The translations under genes and the position numbers were made by a program. 41,130 nucleotides of DNA from a virus. Lineage: Duplodnaviria; Caudoviricetes. The stretch is from positions 1 to 41,130 of the IMG/VR virus record IMGVR_UViG_3300020045_004180, one strand, 5' to 3'. The notes under the pieces are model-generated. The model made no database searches. It was not told the DNA's origin and saw only the letters and a program-made list of their open reading frames with translations. This document shows, piece after piece, positions 37,477-41,130 of this stretch. The number at the start of each line of letters is the position of its first letter. Within the stretch, counting starts at the first letter, position 1.

Positions 37477-37887
37477 GTGGATAACTTCAAAAACAAGAAG
37501 TGCAAATGTGGAACAGTATTCAAACAATATAATTCATTGACTGCTTACTGTTCTGCAAATTGTAAAAAAGAGTACTCGAAGCCACCTAAAGAAAAAAAAG
37601 CGTATTCAATACCGAAAGTTTCAGATAAAAGGAAAATTGACAATCTTAAATACACGGCTCAAAGGATAGTGTTTTTGAGTAAGCCAGAGAATCAAATTTG
37701 TTTTATCGATGGATGTGGTCGAAAAGCAAATACTATTGAACATCGGGCCGGTAGATGGGGTAAAAACTTCTTAGACGAAAGCACGTGGGCGGGTTGCTGT
37801 TCGGATCATAACATCGAATTGGAGAATAATCCAGAAATGGCAAAAAAGTATCAATTATCAAAGATTACAGGAAAAGAAAAACAATAA
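37477..37887 (+). CDS. Zn-binding HNH/NinG-like nuclease
   Basis: CKC...YCSANC N-terminal Zn finger; CFIDGC...IEH...CCSDHN. Confidence 0.6.
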   Translation: MDNFKNKKCKCGTVFKQYNSLTAYCSANCKKEYSKPPKEKKAYSIPKVSDKRKIDNLKYTAQRIVFLSKPENQICFIDGCGRKANTIEHRAGRWGKNFLDESTWAGCCSDHNIELENNPEMAKKYQLSKITGKEKQ

Positions 37888-37905
37888 CCATAAAAACATA
37901 ATACA

Positions 37906-38226
37906 ATGGCAAAACACGGCAAAAGAAGGACGTTTTCAATCTGTTTGACAGATATTCCAAAGGAAAGGATATTAATCCACGAGAACGGAAAAAAGTATCT
38001 GAATTTGGAGAGTTGGGACAATGACGAGCCCGACAAATATGATAATGACTTTTCTGTTAGAGTTTCAATGAACAAAGATGAAATCGAAAGAAAGAAAGCG
38101 GGGGAAACAATTCCAAGTATTTATTTAGGCAATGGCAGGATTTGGGAGCCAGTTAGCAAAATTCACGAAGCAACCCCAGAGGACATAAAAAAGATGGAAG
38201 AAGACCCCGATGACCTTCCATTTTGA
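37906..38226 (+). CDS. Single-stranded DNA-binding protein (Bacteroidota phage type)
   Basis: NGKKYLNL, PDKY, IYLGNG and an acidic DDLPF tail. Confidence 0.7.
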   Translation: MAKHGKRRTFSICLTDIPKERILIHENGKKYLNLESWDNDEPDKYDNDFSVRVSMNKDEIERKKAGETIPSIYLGNGRIWEPVSKIHEATPEDIKKMEEDPDDLPF

Positions 38227-38235
38227 TATTACAAC

Positions 38236-38264
38236 AAACCACTCATAACCGAGTGGTTTTTTTT
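38236..38264 (+). terminator. Intrinsic terminator
   Basis: AAACCACTC/GAGTGGTTT stem plus T-run. Confidence 0.88.
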
Positions 38265-38299
38265 ATTTTACAATATTTTTGATAATTTTACCAAAAATA

Positions 38300-38330
38300 T
38301 TTGTTTATTACAAAATAACTTGTAATTTAG
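38300..38330 (+). promoter_or_regulatory. Promoter sharing 25 identical bp with the 25297 promoter
   Basis: TTTGTTTATTACAAAATAACTTGTA at 38300-38324 equals 25297-25321; -7 variant TAATTTAG. Confidence 0.72.
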
Positions 38331-38361
38331 CCAAATGAAATAACAATTAACACTTACAATT

Positions 38362-38532
38362 ATGAATCCATTAGCACTACCACTTTTTATTATTAGTACG
38401 ATGTTCTTTTTTGCAATAATTACACTATTTTTAGTGTTCAAAAAAGGGGCTGAATCAGAAGGAGAATTGCAACAAGCAAAGGACAGAATTAAAAAACTAG
38501 AAAAAGAAAACAAACAGTATTTGGAAAGATGA
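38362..38532 (+). CDS. 56-aa single-TM protein with coiled-coil tail
   Basis: MNPLALPLFIISTMFFFAIITLFLVFKKG...; first ATG with a leader after the promoter. Confidence 0.6.
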   Translation: MNPLALPLFIISTMFFFAIITLFLVFKKGAESEGELQQAKDRIKKLEKENKQYLER

Positions 38533-38609
38533 AAAAATACTATACAATTTACACGATTTGCGGTAAAGAAATTTGGGTTCCAATAACAATTAAAAATCAA
38601 ACAAAATGA
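38529..38609 (+). CDS. 26-aa peptide (MKKYYTIYTICGKEIWVPITIKNQTK)
   Basis: ATGA overlaps at both ends. Confidence 0.45.
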   Translation: MKKYYTIYTICGKEIWVPITIKNQTK

Positions 38610-38681
38610 AAACACAAAAAGAAGAGTTTCCAAAAGTTGAAACAAAGTTAGATGAGTTGAAATCCAACACGGTTGGTAATG
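38562..38681 (+). repeat. 120-bp direct repeat, copy 1
   Basis: Identical to 41011-41130. Confidence 0.95.
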
Positions 38682-38854
38682 CTGAAACACAAAAGCATCG
38701 ATTGAAAGCAATTGAGGTTTTGAAAGGAGCAAAAGAGATTGAATCGGCTAAAAAGGAAAAAGGCTATCGATGGATGAATTTCGGTAAAACTAATGCTTTC
38801 GTGCATCCTGATAGATTTGAACATTATAAACAAATGGGATTTAGATTTATTTAA
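38606..38854 (+). CDS. Hypothetical protein
   Basis: ORF track. Confidence 0.65.
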   Translation: MKTQKEEFPKVETKLDELKSNTVGNAETQKHRLKAIEVLKGAKEIESAKKEKGYRWMNFGKTNAFVHPDRFEHYKQMGFRFI

Positions 38855-38856
38855 TT

Positions 38857-39114
38857 ATGAAAAAATCAATTTACGAAGTTTCCGTAGTAATGCAATCCCA
38901 AGAACAATGCGACAGAATGAAACAGCTTTGCATTGATAATGGATTGCCGTATTGGGCAGGTGGTCTTGGTTTTTGTTATAATATTTCGTGGGGCAATCAA
39001 TTTTATTACACAGAATTAGGTCTTGGAGGACACTTTGTAATTCTTTACAATTCAGAACACGAAACACAAGTAACCGAAGAAGAATTTATCGAACTTTTAA
39101 AACCTAAAAAGTGA
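38857..39114 (+). CDS. Hypothetical protein
   Basis: ORF track. Confidence 0.65.
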   Translation: MKKSIYEVSVVMQSQEQCDRMKQLCIDNGLPYWAGGLGFCYNISWGNQFYYTELGLGGHFVILYNSEHETQVTEEEFIELLKPKK

Positions 39115-39317
39115 CAATAGCACAAATAGCCAATACAATAGGTTGTACATTCAGGGATGTTTTATTTGTTATTTTACAAACAAAATTAACGCCTGTAATT
39201 TATGTGGAAAATCAGAGAATGTACTCCAAACATCAAATAGATTTCATTTACAAATTACTCTATTTTGATAGGAAATGCACGTTTGAAATAATCGAAAGTA
39301 AAATCAATAAAAACTAA
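39111..39317 (+). CDS. Small MerR-like HTH candidate
   Basis: MTIAQIANTIGC...RMYSKHQIDFI resembles a MerR/excisionase-type winged HTH. Confidence 0.45.
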   Translation: MTIAQIANTIGCTFRDVLFVILQTKLTPVIYVENQRMYSKHQIDFIYKLLYFDRKCTFEIIESKINKN

Positions 39318-39321
39318 TTCA

Positions 39322-39858
39322 ATGAACTCACCAAAAATCTACTTCCTTAAAAACAGTGATGGGAAGTTTTACAACTCGAAAGAAAAGACCTTTTACAGTT
39401 CAATACTTAACGCCAACTACGAGCGTGACAAGCCGAAAATGCAAGCCATTTTGAGCCTTCCACAGTTTCAATGTTGCGAGGTTCACGAAATCACCGAAGA
39501 AAATTTCCGAATCCTGATGGGTTGTGAAACTACACGGGTAATATTAGCTGGCCAATACTTCGTCCAGTTATTGGAGCAATTCGATATGAAGCTGCCAACC
39601 ATTTCACAAGTCGGCAAGAATATGCACAAGAAATGCAAAACGGTTATCGACGAACTGACCCCAATGACCGACTGGCATCGAAGCTTCATAAGGAAAGACG
39701 AAGACAACACCGACGAAATCCAAGGCTATTATCAGGAATACATAGAAACAATGGCAAAGATTGAAATCTTCCAATGTGCAGAGGTAACGGCTATTTTGAA
39801 AGCCTACCATAAGGACAGGGATAGTATTCTGGGAATCGCAAAAAAAATATTGAAATAA
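39322..39858 (+). CDS. Hypothetical protein
   Basis: ORF track, 178 aa. Confidence 0.65.
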   Translation: MNSPKIYFLKNSDGKFYNSKEKTFYSSILNANYERDKPKMQAILSLPQFQCCEVHEITEENFRILMGCETTRVILAGQYFVQLLEQFDMKLPTISQVGKNMHKKCKTVIDELTPMTDWHRSFIRKDEDNTDEIQGYYQEYIETMAKIEIFQCAEVTAILKAYHKDRDSILGIAKKILK

Positions 39859-39874
39859 CTTAATCAGAAATGTA

Positions 39875-40006
39875 ATGAAAAAAGCAGACCATAAATTTTA
39901 TAGGGATAAAAAACAGCAAATTGATAGCCAATCTAGAGAAAATAAACCTAATCCATGGCAAGATTCTAATCCTATTTACATACCTAAAAAGAAAAAGAAA
40001 AAATGA
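39875..40006 (+). CDS. 43-aa basic peptide
   Basis: MKKADHKF...IYIPKKKKKK; ATGA overlap with ATG 40003. Confidence 0.45.
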   Translation: MKKADHKFYRDKKQQIDSQSRENKPNPWQDSNPIYIPKKKKKK

Positions 40007-40038
40007 AAGTAAGAGTAATATGTCTTAACGACAAAGGG

Positions 40039-40300
40039 CTTTATGTTTTACTAAGTTGCTATTGTCGATATTGCAACCGATGGACAAATATACACATTCA
40101 TTCAATAGAAGTCATTGTATTCGATGTATTCTTTCTCATACTCTTGTTCATACTTCGAGATAAAATCTCTACGTATCGACACCATATCATCCGTTATCCT
40201 GTTCTTGTCCCAATACCCTAAACAATTCCCCTACCTCTATTCTGTCCATTTCTGTACAGTCGTGGAATAATTGAACTAACTTCTCCATATCATCGGCAAA
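40039..40300 (-). other. Inverted fragment of foreign phage-like DNA
   Basis: The minus strand reads as gene ends (...RRDFISKYEQEYEKEYIEYNDFY*) followed by a TATATTTG promoter (40092-40085) and a hairpin; it interrupts the + strand gene starting at 40003. Confidence 0.55.
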
Positions 40301-41035
40301 GATGCCAAAACGCCTGAAAAGGACACTTATTTGGGTTCGGGGAATTTACTACTCAAAGCAGTAAAGAAATACGGAAAAGAAAATTTCACCAAAGAGATTT
40401 TATACAGGCGAATAACCCAATATGAAGCCGATAGATTGGAAATTCACGAAATAATGATTCGTGGAGTATTGGCCGATAAGGATAAATGGTATAATCTCGA
40501 TGCAGGAGGTCAATACAATCGAAGCGAACAGCATTCAGAGATAACATCAAAGGCAATGAAAGGGTTTTATGCTGATGATTACAACTATACACACGTTCAG
40601 ATATTAAATAATCGAAGTAGGTATATGAGAGGTTTGAAACCAACAAACTATTCCACGTTGGCACATAAGGATATATTCAAACTAAAAAAATCACTGATAG
40701 CCATTAACAAAAAAAGGTCATCTAAGGAGAAAACAAAAATAGATAAACTAATAAAGAACTCACGCAAAGACCCAAATAGAATGTCCAAAGGAGGTTATGC
40801 TGTATGGGAGAATAAGAGATATCATCTAATAGCAAAACAGGTAGAAGCACATAAGAGGCGTAAACAATTGTCTATTGAATCAGATAGTAATTATTTTAGT
40901 GATGATACAAGAAAGGAGTTTGCATTGGCTAAGGTAAGAAGTGCTAACAACCTATTAGGTGTTCACATATTAAGCGAATGTGATGTATATTATAAATTGA
41001 TAGGGAGCAAGGTAAAGAAATTTGGGTTCCAATAA
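40292..41035 (+). pseudogene. GIY-YIG homing endonuclease fragment, lacking the N-terminal GIY motif, chimeric C-terminus
   Basis: In-frame IGKDAK...YLGSG...AVKKYGKENFTKEIL...LEIHEI...WYNLDAGG; in-frame stop at 40277 with no ATG; the last codons lie inside the 120-bp repeat. Confidence 0.72.
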
Positions 41036-41130
41036 CAATTAAAAATCAAACAAAATGAAAACACAAAAAGAAGAGTTTCCAAAAGTTGAAACAAAGTTAG
41101 ATGAGTTGAAATCCAACACGGTTGGTAATG
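41011..41130 (+). repeat. 120-bp direct repeat, copy 2 (runs to window end)
   Basis: Identical to 38562-38681. Confidence 0.95.

Noticed and set aside
1448-39810. Many minus-strand and nested ORFs in the track (e.g. 15773-16105, 28702-29220, 38268-38732)
   Set aside because: They lie antisense to or inside well-supported + strand genes and have no motifs; they are shadow ORFs.
40003-40221. 72-aa ORF as a real protein
   Set aside because: After ~12 codons it reads through inverted foreign sequence, so it is chimeric.
41011-41130. Genome terminal repeat indicating a complete circular genome
   Set aside because: It matches an internal site (38562), not the window start, and no terminase was found, so the genome looks incomplete.
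1-41130. Stop-codon reassignment, tRNA or rRNA genes
   Set aside because: Genes are intact under the standard code with TAA, TAG and TGA all used as stops; no cloverleaf or rRNA-like sequence was recognised by eye.

Overview
AT-rich window covering most of a tailed phage or prophage genome. The host is probably Bacteroidota (Flavobacterium-like), judged from TAnnTTTG promoters, A-rich translation starts without Shine-Dalgarno sites and a Sec signal peptide cleaved before Gln. Nearly all real genes are on the + strand. Order: C-terminal part of a tyrosine recombinase (3-356); gpW-like protein and lambda-type portal; a 5.9 kb cassette with a signal-peptide-bearing fibre-like SGNH protein and the lysis genes; S49 protease, decoration protein and lambda gpE-type major capsid; Mu-like contractile tail with a -1 frameshifted chaperone, baseplate and two paralogous fibre-like genes (to 25213). 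The early region (25.3-40 kb) holds small ORFs, a Cro-like HTH, Sak4-like ATPase, YqaJ-like exonuclease, SNF2-like helicase plus DNA methyltransferase, a replication initiator with iterons, helicase, RusA-like resolvase, an internally deleted acyl carrier protein, HNH and SSB. No terminase was recognised. The last ~1.1 kb is a patchwork: an inverted foreign fragment, an N-truncated GIY-YIG endonuclease and an exact 120-bp copy of 38562-38681, possibly an assembly or amplification chimera. The best unexplained signals are a candidate ~80-nt sRNA antisense to translation-initiation regions (8230-8310), a kissing-loop/terminator leader before the replication genes (33180-33293), the exported fibre-like esterase and the ACP remnant. 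All protein calls come from motif recognition by eye, with no database search.
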